Shown one piece after another: positions 52,585 to 64,000 of a stretch of 64,000 nt of DNA (its first letter is position 1; each line of letters opens with the position of its first letter). Under the pieces are notes generated by a model. It made no database searches and had not been told where the DNA came from. It worked only from the letters and a program-made list of their open reading frames with translations. Source of the stretch: Takakia lepidozioides (lineage: Eukaryota > Plantae > Bryophyta); NCBI GenBank assembly GCA_030704615.1, contig CM060732.1, forward strand, positions 72,416,001 through 72,480,000, given 5' to 3'. The position numbers and the translations under genes are program-made.

Positions 52585-53308
52585 CTAAGAAAACGGAAAG
52601 TGACATAGGGGCACACGAAGAACATCATGCCCTTATTGCAACAACATTCCAGGACAACACATGCAAATGGTGGCTACAAATTATTCAGCAAGACTCTCTT
52701 GTAGTTCTAGGTTGTCAAATGGATTTCTCTAAAGATCTCTTCCTTTTTCTCTCTTTCTCAGGGCCCCGTGTGGGCGTTGTCAAGTTTGTTCATTCTTTCA
52801 CTTGCCTTCCAGAATATACAACAACTGGCAGTGCACAGCCCCACATGCCCCATCTCACCAGTACAGTGTAGGTATCAGAATCAATGTTCTACTATGTTAT
52901 GCAGTTTACTCCGTGATCCAATTGTCCATGGCTAAGCAATTTCCGAACCCAGATGATTTGAAGTCCACTGTCAACTCAGTGTTAGTATTCCACAGGGACT
53001 ATACACTATTGGCCAAAGTCCTCATGGAAAGCCCTCTCTTGGGTCCACTGGTTTTTAAGGGTTTTCTATGCAGCGGTTGCTAGATGTGCTACTTTGTCCC
53101 ATGGGTCCTTGGGGGCTCCCTGTGGACTTTATACAGATTCTTTCTTCCTCATGCAACGGTTTGGTTTGTTATTTGGTTTCTGGTGTTCTAGTGTGTCCCA
53201 TCACCCCTTTGACCTCCCTTGGACATAACAATGTTCTTCTTTCTTCTTCTCTTTCTATATGTTTGGAAGCTGAAAGTGGGGGGTTGGGGGGCGCAGCAAA
53301 GTCCACCA

Positions 53309-54298
53309 TGTCTGCATCCACAACGTCTGACAGCATCGGCAGTGGCCATGTGAGCTCCAAAAAGCGAGCCAGAGACAAGAACTGGACGGCTATGGAGGTA
53401 CATGTGTTAGCTGTCGCAAAGCGCCATGAGTGGGAGGCTTGGAAGGCCTCCAATGCGCGTGGCAACATGATGTGCGACAAGGTAAAATGGGAGAGGGTAG
53501 TTGAAGTGTTGGAATTGCAGGGTGTGAGCGGGCGGGACGTTGCTGGGTGCACCACCAAGTGGCAGCATTTGTGCAAGCAGTACAAAGACATCAGGGGCAC
53601 CAACTCAATGCCACCGGCAACCAGGACTACTTCACGATGAGTTCCGATGAGCGCGTGGCGTTGGGACTTTGGGACTTCCGAAGTCCTTCGCCAGGGACCT
53701 CTTTGAGGACATGAACTTCCTGGCTGAGCGTGCGTGCAACGCTCCCAAAGTGACATCAGCGAGCTTGAGGGTAACACCAATTGTTGCTCCTTTGCCCCAT
53801 GTAGACATAGATACATTGTTGCCTCATATGGAAGAGGAAGTACTACCCTATGCTAATAATGAGGCTGCACCTGCTCTACCATCATTGGATGGGGTGGCCC
53901 ATGTGCGGGTAGAGCATGATGAGGCGCCGATTCTTGCACGGGGTCGGCCTCCAGTGATGGGCCGGGAGAGGTATACCAACACCTCTCCCACACCTTTTAC
54001 CAATTCGACGGGTAAGAAAAAGAAGGGAAGCACAACCAGTGCCGATCTACTCAAGGCCTTCAAGGAAGGGAATGAAGGTTTGTTCAAAAATATGGAGGAG
54101 GATAGGAAGGAGAGAATGGACAGGTTTGCCAAATCTTTTCAACTTCAAGATGACATCTTTAAATTTGAGGTTGAAAAAGCTAGAGCAACCTTAGCTACAG
54201 AGCAGGCAGCTTCAGGTAACCAGCGCACCATGGTGTCGCATTTTGGAAAGCTCGTTGAGCATTTTGGAAAGCTAGTTGAGAATAAAGATGACGCCTAG
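53309..54298 (+). pseudogene. Harbinger ORF1: Myb/SANT (trihelix-like) DNA-binding protein, frameshifted
   Basis: NWTAMEVHVL..KWERV..RDVAGCTTKWQHL.KQYKDI; frameshift near 53595 and an 8-bp duplication at 53662-53677; coiled-coil-like C-terminus. Confidence 0.85.
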
Positions 54299-56065
54299 GG
54301 ATACAGGGGATGACGCCTAGAAAGATACAGAATATGCAATCAAAGAACAGAACAAGCTGCATGTGACATATTCAAGTTGCTCTGTTTGTTTAAAGAGACA
54401 ACTCTGACAATTTTGACAGATGTTTTTGTATCTCATACTTGTATTCATGCAACTGTGCTTTGAAGTACTGGACCTGACTGCTATGTTTCCTCATTAGATC
54501 CTTTTGCAGTGGCTGTGGGTTGTGTATTGTGCCAGACGCTCCATTGTCAATTTCAACATGTGATATCAGACCTTCAAGTGTGAACACACTTGAATCCACA
54601 GCCATGGATCCAAGACAAAAACAGGGCCAGAACTGGCCCCATAAACCTTGATACATAGATAGGCTACATCCAGGGTCATAGCAATGTGTACAGTGGCCTC
54701 TACGTCCCGTTGAGTTTGGTTCATAAATGCACACTATATCTCATTCCTGAATGCAGGTGCTTCTCAAAATGGTGGCCAGTTGTCATTGATCCTTCCAGAT
54801 GACAAGAATGAGCCTATCGAAATCTGCAAATTGGGAATTTTTGATAGCTTCAACTAGAGACCATGAATGCAGAGCTCCATTAGCATTGTCATGTACAACT
54901 GGTGTTGTACCCCAAAATCTGAAAATCCACACCATTGTTCTAAATCTGGTCTGAGGGCACTTAATACATGCCACCAACATGCGCGTGCAAAATGTGGTGG
55001 CGGGACTAATTTGGTCTTTTGTCCTGTGGATACTTTAGACATGGGCTGTCAATGGAAAATTAATGTCGTTTACAGCATTAATGTCTGGATTGTATCTCCA
55101 GTTGCTTAAACCATTGTTGGTCTTCCTGACAAAGTATGAGAGTTTCTATGTGACTCATGATATAGTTCAGGGAGTATAGGTGACCAATTTGAACAATACA
55201 AAAGCACCAAAAGCACCTCATACTGTCAGTGTGTTGTGTTGTTTGAACACAGGTTGTTCACAAACAACTCCTGTCATTTGAAAGATGCTTGTAGCTATGG
55301 TGGTGGTATCCTTGTTTGAGTGTGGCTGTAATTGATGCTACAGCTGTCTGGTTACCTGTTATGCTTTCCACAGAGAAGTCCAACATCACCTGACTTCACA
55401 CATAAGTGCACAAACCAGGTCAAACTTGTTTCCCAAAGTAAAGAATGCTAGTTGAGGCCCAGGATGAAGGCATTAGAGAATGTAGGAAGATCCAGCACCT
55501 TGTTTCTGGGAGTGAGAGGCTGCCTGAATGGGTTCACTTGCACATGCTCAACAAAAGCCACATGATGAGTGACACATGGAAAATAAGTGCCTAGGGACCA
55601 TAACAGTTTTCAATGAAAATAGCAGTAAGAGAATTCTTATCTTGACTGGAAAAGCGACCTACTAGGCCATGGATGTACACAAGCAAAGCACACACCTTAC
55701 CATTGTGAACCACTGACAATTTCACTTAAGTCAGCAAACACAAATACCTTTGGAACAATAAAGAAGAGAATGCTGCAGACTCTAATCTTAGAGTAAATGA
55801 CATAAAGATATTAATTTATAAAAAATCCAGCGCAGATCTCTTACAGCCCAATTGCTTGTCTACACCACTCTCTCCATCTCCTCTATGGGCATTGGAAAGG
55901 TTCAGGTTGGGATCCCAGCCTGAGGATGGAAACTGGTAGATGATGGGTTAATCTGCAGTGTTTGCTTGTACCCAGCTTGTGCCAGGGAAGACAACAGGGG
56001 ATTGGGATTGAGGAACATTTCTTCTTCCACTATCCACTCTAAGGCCTGCTAGAAAAGAAAGGAGA

Positions 56066-56330
56066 GAATGTACTCATAAGACCTTGTGTGCTGTAGCCTT
56101 GTGGCCATAAACCCTGTGCCCAGTTTGGGTGGAAGAAGATGGAACAACCACTACCTTTGTGGGGCCTCACTCCAGTAGTTCAACTTACCTCAGCCTTCCT
56201 AGATCCCCACTAGAAAGCCCTTCACAGAGGCATTATCAACAGCAGCCTCCTAGTCAACCCCCACAATCTCTCAGCCAAACATCATCCCCAGCTTTTAAAC
56301 ATAGCTTATGAGCATTGCTTGATCTGAAGA
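56066..56330 (-). mobile_element. LINE 3' fragment (same family) nested in the Harbinger
   Basis: Reverse complement of CCCAAACTGGGC..GGCCACAAGGCTAC..TCTTATGAGTACATTCTC. Confidence 0.7.
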
Positions 56331-56411
56331 TTTCCCGTCTGAAACATGGTTCACAAACGTGAGAAACGAACATTTCAACATGCAAAAAGTAAGCCTGCAT
56401 AGAGCACATAG

Positions 56412-57765
56412 TCATGTGTTGATGACGTGGTTGCACAATATCGCCCTCAAATCAGCACCAACTGTATGGCCCCTATTGACAACTGGTTCTTGACTGTGGG
56501 CAACTCGATCACGCTCCATGATGGCTGCCATGGCATCCATCTCATTGTAGATGCCCTCGAAGTCAAATTCCTTGAAATCAACCAAAAGATTATATAGGAT
56601 GCAGCAGGCATGAATAACCTGGGGCAAGAAATCAATGTCGAGTTTGCTCCTCCAACCCACCTCTTTGAAGGTACCTTTCATTTGACCAAAGGCAATCTCC
56701 GAGAAAATTCTTGCCTTTGACAATTGGTGATTGAAGATGGTTTTGGCTCTAGAGAGGACTGGAGCGTTGGGAGCTCTTTTGTAACTAGGGATGAGCCAGG
56801 GGAGGGCAGGGTAGACTGCATCACCAATAAGGAGTGGTGGGATCTCGTGTCCATTGTCAAGAATGACATTCTCACCACGCAAAAGAGTGCCCTGTGACGC
56901 AGGATAGAAAAGGGGGGAGTTCCGTAACACCCTAGAGTCGTTCATACTGCCGGGCTCTCCAACATAGATATCTACAAACTTTGCATCTGGATCCACGACC
57001 CCTTGTAGAACCATTGAATAGTAACCATTTCTGTTCCTGTAATCAAATTTGATGTCATTGTTAGGGGCCTTGATTCTGATCTGTGTACAATCAATTGCAC
57101 CAACAACATTCGGAATCCCTGATCTCTTCTCATTTTCAAGCATCGATTTCTTGAGAGTCTCACCTCCTTGCCACTGCAGGTGGTGACCCAGGACAGAGAT
57201 AATGGCAGGGACCACTTGTCGCAAAAGCTCATACAGAGTTGAACGACCAATTCCAAAAGCCTCGGTAATTTCTATTGTTGTGGCTGCCCACAGTAGTTTA
57301 TAAAGCACTGCCCCTACTCTCATCGGTACAGGTAAGCTCCTCCGATACCTAGTATCCTGCATTTGTATAACCGGTGCAAGGGCATTGCACAACCAATCGA
57401 ATGTGCCTGCACTCATCTTCATAATCTGCAGCCATCTCTCGTCATCATATTGCAAAAGAAAGTCCTCAAACCAAGCTCTCGATCTGTGCTTGACCCACAT
57501 CCCTGAAGACACACCACCTCTCGGCTTGTAGTTCATAATGGTCCAGAACTGGCGCTGCAAAAAAACTCCTACATGCAAGGAGTAACATATCTGGATCGTC
57601 CTCCTTGGCTAGGTCAATATCATGACGAAGCAGAGTCGGTCGTGCCTCTTGTGGGCGTCTCATCCCAAACAACTCTGGAGCCTGATCGAGCATGAACTGT
57701 ATAAAGACAAGAATCTCTCCCATGGCAATAGCCAATTCGTTTGTCATATTGAAGTCTGAACTCAA
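56412..57765 (-). CDS. Harbinger/PIF DDE transposase (HARBI1-like); probable frameshift near 57570
   Basis: HTH region (VGAVLYKL..FGIGRST), GAIDCTQI, YRNRNGYYS..LQGVVD, PGSMNDSRV, LIGDAVYP, FNHQLSKARIFSEIAFGQMK, ACCILYN. Confidence 0.92.
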
Positions 57766-57939
57766 GAACCAGCAACACCTCTACTACGGCAGTATTTAGA
57801 TTGGCATCTTCTATGACTCCAACTTTGACAATGAACCCTGTAGATATGAGCATTCCAATGCTTGAGAACACATCTCAAGATGGATATCATACATCACTAA
57901 CTTAGCTTGATCCACAGTATGGAGCATGAAAATGTAAAT

Positions 57940-58032
57940 GAAAATGTAGTCTCATGGAGTATCATTATTGCAGGCTATGCTCAGCATGGGTGTGGTAGGG
58001 AGGCCCTCCAACTATTTGAACAAACGCAATGG
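57940..58032 (+). pseudogene. PLS-PPR motif fragment inside the Harbinger
   Basis: ENVVSWSIIIAGYAQHGCGREALQLFEQ. Confidence 0.75.
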
Positions 58033-60143
58033 ATAAAACATAGAGTTTGGACAGATCAGAGTTGTCTGTAAAACAGTCTCTTCTGCAAAGGGCTTGTGTG
58101 CAGCAGCTGGTGGGCCCAGAAGGAGCTTGTGCAATATCATTGTGTTCCCTCCACTGGACACATAAACTTGAACAGGCTCTTCAAGACCAAAAGGTCGAGG
58201 CATTGATGATGTTTAAGCATTATCAGACATTGAAAGACATTTCAAAGGGATCGACCAGCCAAGCATGCCTGTCAAAACAAGGAGAAACCTGCATGGAGCA
58301 ATTCCAGAAAAAATTCTCACCTTTGCGACTCAGGAAGGCCTTTTGCTGTCTTCTAGCATCAAATCGCTGTGAACTCTACAGGCACCAAGCACCACAGCTC
58401 CCTCTTTCCTGCAGCCTTTCGCAGTTGGTGATCGCTTGTCACTGACAAAAAGATAGCACAAGTCTCTCAAACTGACCTTCCACTGGAACAGCAGTCTGAA
58501 CGCGGCAGGGCCTGGGTCGTCAAGCACTCCCACGGGCTCCGTCCACCATAGCCGCGGGAAGACGGGCGGGCAGCCCGATTTTTTTTTTTTGCGCTCATGC
58601 TAACAAACTGCCGCGCGACGGTTTGTTAGTAGCCAGGTGCGGCCGCCGTCGAGGTTCCTGCCAGACCTGCTAGCTAGCCGGCGCGCTAGCTGCGGCTAGT
58701 GGCCTGTTAGCTAACCGGCAGGTGCGGCCGGGGCCTTAGAGCATAAGTGAATGTTCTATATATTTTGGGAATAAATAAAAAGATACTATGGCAAAACAAA
58801 ATTGTTATTATCATGTGGGGAACACTGCGAAACTATTTCAAATCTAACAATATAACCATGTAACCACTAACTTAAGCATCCTCACCTCTGCTCACTCCAT
58901 ACCAACCTTTGTTTTAAGGTTTCAGTATTGTACCCGGATTATGTTTCTCATTTGCGAAACTGCTTTAGGCATTGAATACATTAGAAATACCCAGAGTTTC
59001 TCCTTTTTTGGATAATGATCTTTTGGATTTTGGCGACACTAGAGATTGTTTTGCCTGCAAAACCTGAAATGAATGAACTTGTAAAGTTTGGTGAAATATG
59101 GGGATCTAATGTGTTCATGGATTTCGGTGAAGCCAAAGATGATTTCCTTTAGAGATATAATGTGTTTATAGATTTTGACGAAATCTAAGATTGTTTCGCG
59201 GTGAAGGGTGTTTTTGTCTCTAAAAATTTCTTCTTTGTGTAGTTTTACTTACTACTACTACTACTACCACTTAGTACTATTATTACAGGACAGAGGCCCT
59301 GGAATCGAATTATATTGGTAAAGTTATATGTCAGTGTCACTAATGTTTTTATCATGGAAATAGTAATAATTGAGTAAATGAATTAGTAAAAAGTAGTATT
59401 TACATCTGATATATAATGACCTAATGTCACGGAATAAATCTATTACCATGGATTTGTGCTCACCCATACCAACCCCCTGAAATCTTTGAGGAGGTTTCAA
59501 AACCTCCAGATTCACAGGCAATATGAGAGCTCCTCTTGAAGCTCATGTAGATTTGTTGTGTGCTATCATATAAAGGCATGGAAACGGGCGTGGAATATCT
59601 CATTATTGGGTGCATGCTTGTTCAGACACATATTAGTACTTCATGTGAGCAGGCGACCCAGAAACCACTGGAGCTGGGAGGCTGCTGACTACCCTTGTAA
59701 TGGAATTGTTCTTTCAAGTGTGTGGGACCTCAATACATCTTCTCAGGCAATTGCTGAAGTTGACCTGGAACACTGTTCTGTTCAATCTTTTGCCCATGGC
59801 AATAACCCATTCGGTTTGTAAGTCACCCCTGCTGGAGCTCAGTGTGTGGATCAATGCCCTCAAAATAACAAAGGAAGATTATCAGATGGCTTACAAAAGG
59901 TGACCTTATAAGCTAAAAGGCAAACGATGATGGATTTTGAGGTAGAAACAGGGCACACTCCATGGCAGTTTGGTACATCAAATGCTCCTCATTTAATTTC
60001 TTTGCATCAATCTGATCGCGCCTCGGGAAATTCAGAGCTGATTTATCTGCTGGTGCATTGACCTCATAAGAGGACACATGAGGTTGATTCCAGAGTTGCT
60101 CCTCTACCTTGCAAGTAAGTAGATGTGACAAGTGACTGAGGTT

Positions 60144-60188
<45 letters not shown>
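60144..60188. repeat. (GA)n microsatellite
   Basis: About 22 GA units with one interruption. Confidence 0.9.
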
Positions 60189-60192
<4 letters not shown>

Positions 60193-61727
60193 ACAGCTTC
60201 TTTCTGGTCCATATGGCGATGGGCACCATGTCACTCCCAGCTGATGCAGATGTTTCTGTCAACTTAAACGGTACAAAAGTGAATGATTCCTGTACGAGGC
60301 TTTACAAATTGTGCCAGGTATTTAGTTGACTCCAGGTGACCAGTGCTCCTTCATCATAGTTCGGCTTCTTTCATTAGGAGAGGGACATAGATGATGAACC
60401 CAAGTTGTACCTTCCTTTTCGGGCCAGTGAAGCCATTTGAGGAGTGTTGTACTGTTCGTTCAGTGGGCGTTTGTGGCTTTAGAGATTAACTTTCCTAAGA
60501 GAACCTCGGGGAGGGAGAGATTTAGTGTAACTAACGTATTAGATTGGAAAGCGGCAATGCAGATCATGTAAGCCTCTGCCTCTGTCAACATTCGCCTAAA
60601 AATTGAGGCATAGCAAGGAATTTTTGCATTGCAGCTAGCTATGTGAAAACTTGTACATCAAAGCCATATTCCTGATCATTGGCTCCTGTACAAAGCCGAT
60701 GACGTTGCCTTCTGTAATGTAGATAGTGCTGTGGCCATGACGAACCAGGTACAAGATGATGACATAGAAAGCCGAAGGGTAATCGAGAGAAACGATGAGA
60801 TTGTGAAAGCGTTTGCTTTACTACCCATTAGCACAGCTGCACCATCCAAGCACATGCAAGGTCTACTTAAAAAGTGTGTAAGAACTCTAATGCCTATGAA
60901 TACTTCTAATGCAGAAGCTGGTTCAATCTTACAAGCTAATCCAATCTTGAATGTTTTGTTAAGGAAACCAATGACAGCATATATGGACTGTTTGAACCAT
61001 CTAAGCTGACTGACCAAAAAGGCCAGTGACATGTACCTTGAACTCCTTAAACAGGGGGCTAACTGGCCTACACTTCACATGTGTGATTCTTGGCCCATTC
61101 GAGCTAATCTGTGCCCTGTTTTGGGACTTCAGGCATCAACAAATGAACCTAGCTAGCTGAATTCATGAATACATATTGACATTGAGAATCCATATATGCC
61201 AAATGAACCTCTACAATGTGTGAGCCAGTGTAATCCAACAAGTAAAGCGATCTACCAGTTTCCATGCTTTGATGTTGGATCCTGACACTATATGTACAGT
61301 ATGTACCGTGTTGGCACTAGGCTTCCTTGTTATCAGGAAGTACCGCCGTCGCTACGCACATATTGGAGCCCCCATACTCAGTGCTTGCCTGCCTTCCTTC
61401 TCCATGCTGAAATGGTGATCAATCATCCCTCACATCTTGCAGGTATTGGAAGCTGCTATCAATGCAGCTCCACCAGACCGTGTTGCCAGTTCATCTTCCA
61501 GGCAGAACACCCTCCAAAAATACTAGGTACAGAATGTCTGTACACATTGCGGATCTGTTTCCAAGAAAAGGCCGAAACCTTCGTCTGAGACAGTCTTCAG
61601 ATACCTGCGTTCAGCTTTAAGGACGTGCGATTTTGAGAAAGTAGCCAGATGCTGCCAACTAGACCTGTTGATTGGGTCAATCAACCGTCTCCTTGCCAAA
61701 GAGGGACCTATGCAATAGTTTTCAAAC

Positions 61728-61752
61728 TGTGTGTGTGTGTGTGTGTGTGTGT
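61728..61752. repeat. (GT)n microsatellite in the NAC 3' UTR region
   Basis: Run of GT dinucleotides. Confidence 0.9.
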
Positions 61753-61794
61753 GGTGTGTATGTATAAGTGGGTGGCTGTGCGCGCCGCGCCACA

Positions 61795-64000
61795 CTAGTA
61801 TGCCCATAGACATTCGAGAGAGTCGACCGAAGGAACATCCGGCAGACCGTAGCGATTAAAGCGGTAAAGGCTCGGTTGGTCCCCACACAAACTTTCCGTG
61901 ACGCAGGACGATTCAGGCTCAGTCAGGTTTTGAAGAGGAATCCCTCCCGTTCCATCATGGAAGACGAGATTGTCGGCACCCCACGACGTGTAGTCGAGGC
62001 TTCTTTGGCTACTTTGGGCTTCGTCCTCCCCCTCGGCAGCATATGGCTCCAGCTTAGCCTGCTTCAAGCTTGCACGGAAACTAGCCGGGTCAAGAGACTT
62101 AAGAGACATCAAGTTTGTGTGCCCAAATGCTTGCGGAAGACTTGGCATCTCCTGGCGAAGTCTTGGCATGTTGAAATTGGGGTCGAAGCCTGGGTATTTG
62201 ACCGTATTGTTAGTCTGTCCACTTCTCCCAAGCAAGTCTACTCCTGGCATGCCCATTGCTGCAGATCCGGGTAAACCAGCCTCAGATCTGCTTCCAACAC
62301 TAGTCCATGCAGGAGGGGCGGTGTCCTCTTTGTGGTTGATGATCGGCGCCTCTTGAGGCTGGTCGTGGCGGTAGCAAGAGACCTGATCATTGGCCGTGCA
62401 TGTATCGCAATCAGTGCAAACACCTTCATCACTAATCGTGGGGTTCGGTGAATGGTCCAGAAGAGAGCTCGGAAGTGCATCATCGAGGTGATATTGCATG
62501 GAATGACCCATGCGAGAGTTCTCTGTAAAGAGAAAGCTCTTCTTGCTGCCAGCACTCTTCTGGAAGATGCGGCACACAACCCATTCGTCCTGCAAGACAG
62601 CACAAACGTTCAGATGTTGCCCATTAGTGGCCAGTACTAAAGGAGAGATTGTCGATAGCAGGTGACATCCGTGCTCTTCAGAGCGCTCACTACGTTATGC
62701 AAATAGGATGTATTGCACGGCTGCAAAGAGAAGAACAGGCCTGGTTCTAGGCCAACTTAATGTCTTTCATATGTACATGTACTGTAAAATGCATCGACGT
62801 CCCACAGCTAGGTAGTAGTAAGTGCCTGAACATTGCACTGGTCAAACCCCACTCACGATATGCTACCCCGAAAGTAATGCGCGCTTGCGACTCATCTTTC
62901 TCTTTGGACGTCCTATCAGTAAATGGCCAGAGCTCTCTGTAAATAGGAGATCATCGGGAATTTTGTGAATTATTACCCAAGTCGCTGATCATGGCTGTAC
63001 ACATCCATGTGGAGAAAGCTTCTAGTGATGATGTAAGTGTCTATGGCACCAAGGCTACTGGTCATTACTAGTGGGAAATTATTCAGAGTAGATAGAACTG
63101 TCGAAGTTTTGTGAAACCGCTTATCACTCTATAGAAAGGTAGCTTTCTGAGAAAATTGGCACAGGCTACCTGCTCACGAACCCGACCCACAAGCAGGCCA
63201 CTAAATGAGTTGGTGCAAGAATGCCCCGGGAGGTTAACCTCTCAATTCGAATAGCATCCAGAGAACGACGGGTGTTCATGAGACACCTTTAATTTCTCTC
63301 GTTTCTCTCTCTATTTCCTTACCTTCAGGCTGAAAGCGCGAGGTCTTGGACCATGCGAGGCCAGGGCAGGCATGGCCTGACCATTCCTAATCTGTATCGT
63401 TAAAGCGGACATGATAGAATCCTCACTTTGGCAACTCAAAATGTCTGATTTGGCCCTTGGGGGTTCTAATCTAAGGCCCTCCACATACAGTTCCAGGGTT
63501 CCACATACCTGAAAAAACGCTCCTGGCAGCAAGGACCTGCTGTAAGCTGCGGTGGAACCCCAGCAGTGGCCCCTAGATCAATTGAGTGCTCAGACAGTTG
63601 CTCAGATCTAATTGGATCAAGTAGCACTTGCTCAATTGATCATGGTCCATTATCGGGGCCAATCTGTATAACAATTCTCTATGACTTTGGGCACATGTCA
63701 GTCGGAGGCTTGCGCAGCGCATACCTTGGTCATCCGACTTGATTGAAGGTGATTACTGTCACCCTCCAGGCGGTACTCATGCATGATCCAGTTCGTCTTC
63801 TCTCCTTTGGGAGCCCGACCGAGGTAGAACACCAAAGTCTTCTTCATGCCCACGACGTGGGGAAGGCGGCTACTCACCACATCTCTGTCCTTGCCAGTAG
63901 CTTTCCAGTAGCCAGCGTCAGTCGCGCGATTGGTACGCATACCTGTTGGGTACTTGCGGTCACGAAGACTGAAGAAATACCACTCCTTTTCACCCATTTT
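61795..64000 (-). CDS. NAC transcription factor, NAM/CUC-like clade (5'-partial)
   Basis: Exon >64000-63725: [63 protein letters not shown]. Exon 62589-61795: [11 protein letters not shown]...LPSSLLD...QVSC...CLWAY. Confidence 0.95.

Larger units (their letters stand above)
50373..58735. mobile_element. Full-length PIF/Harbinger DNA transposon (8.4 kb) with nested and captured sequences
   Basis: Perfect 16-bp TIR GGCCCCGGCCGCACCT; TTA TSD at 50370-50372 and 58736-58738; GCTA-rich subterminal repeats; convergent Myb-like and DDE genes. Confidence 0.95.

Noticed and set aside
59500-61600. Conserved miRNA precursor or small gene downstream of the NAC gene
   Set aside because: I recognised no conserved plant miRNA sequence or long hairpin, and the short ORFs lack motifs.

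Overview
Nuclear DNA of a land plant, most likely a non-seed plant (bryophyte-like). This is inferred from the plant-type H4, regular PLS-DYW PPR, CUC-like NAC and compact intron-rich genes; the species cannot be determined. The left two-thirds is gene-dense: a decayed MULE/SWIM transposase gene, an RBM41-like minor-spliceosome RRM gene head-to-head with a membrane-anchored aldo-keto reductase, an AUH-like enoyl-CoA hydratase head-to-head with histone H4, an intronless DDI1, a PPR-DYW pseudogene, a Crypton-like tyrosine-recombinase relic, a YCII protein, and COA5 only 101 nt upstream of POLD3. The region 40.5-59 kb is a nested TE field: tRNA-like SINEs, hAT MITEs, CACTA/Gypsy/Copia remnants, a TTAA-flanked piggyBac-type element, and a complete 8.4-kb PIF/Harbinger carrying host exon fragments. 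The window ends inside a NAC gene. The best leads are (1) a canonical histone 3' stem-loop after H4, unexpected in a land plant; (2) a probable COA5-POLD3 bicistronic or overlapping unit; (3) Crypton-like and piggyBac-like elements; (4) an RBM41 orthologue; (5) gene capture by a Harbinger. All gene models were spliced by eye and no database searches were run.
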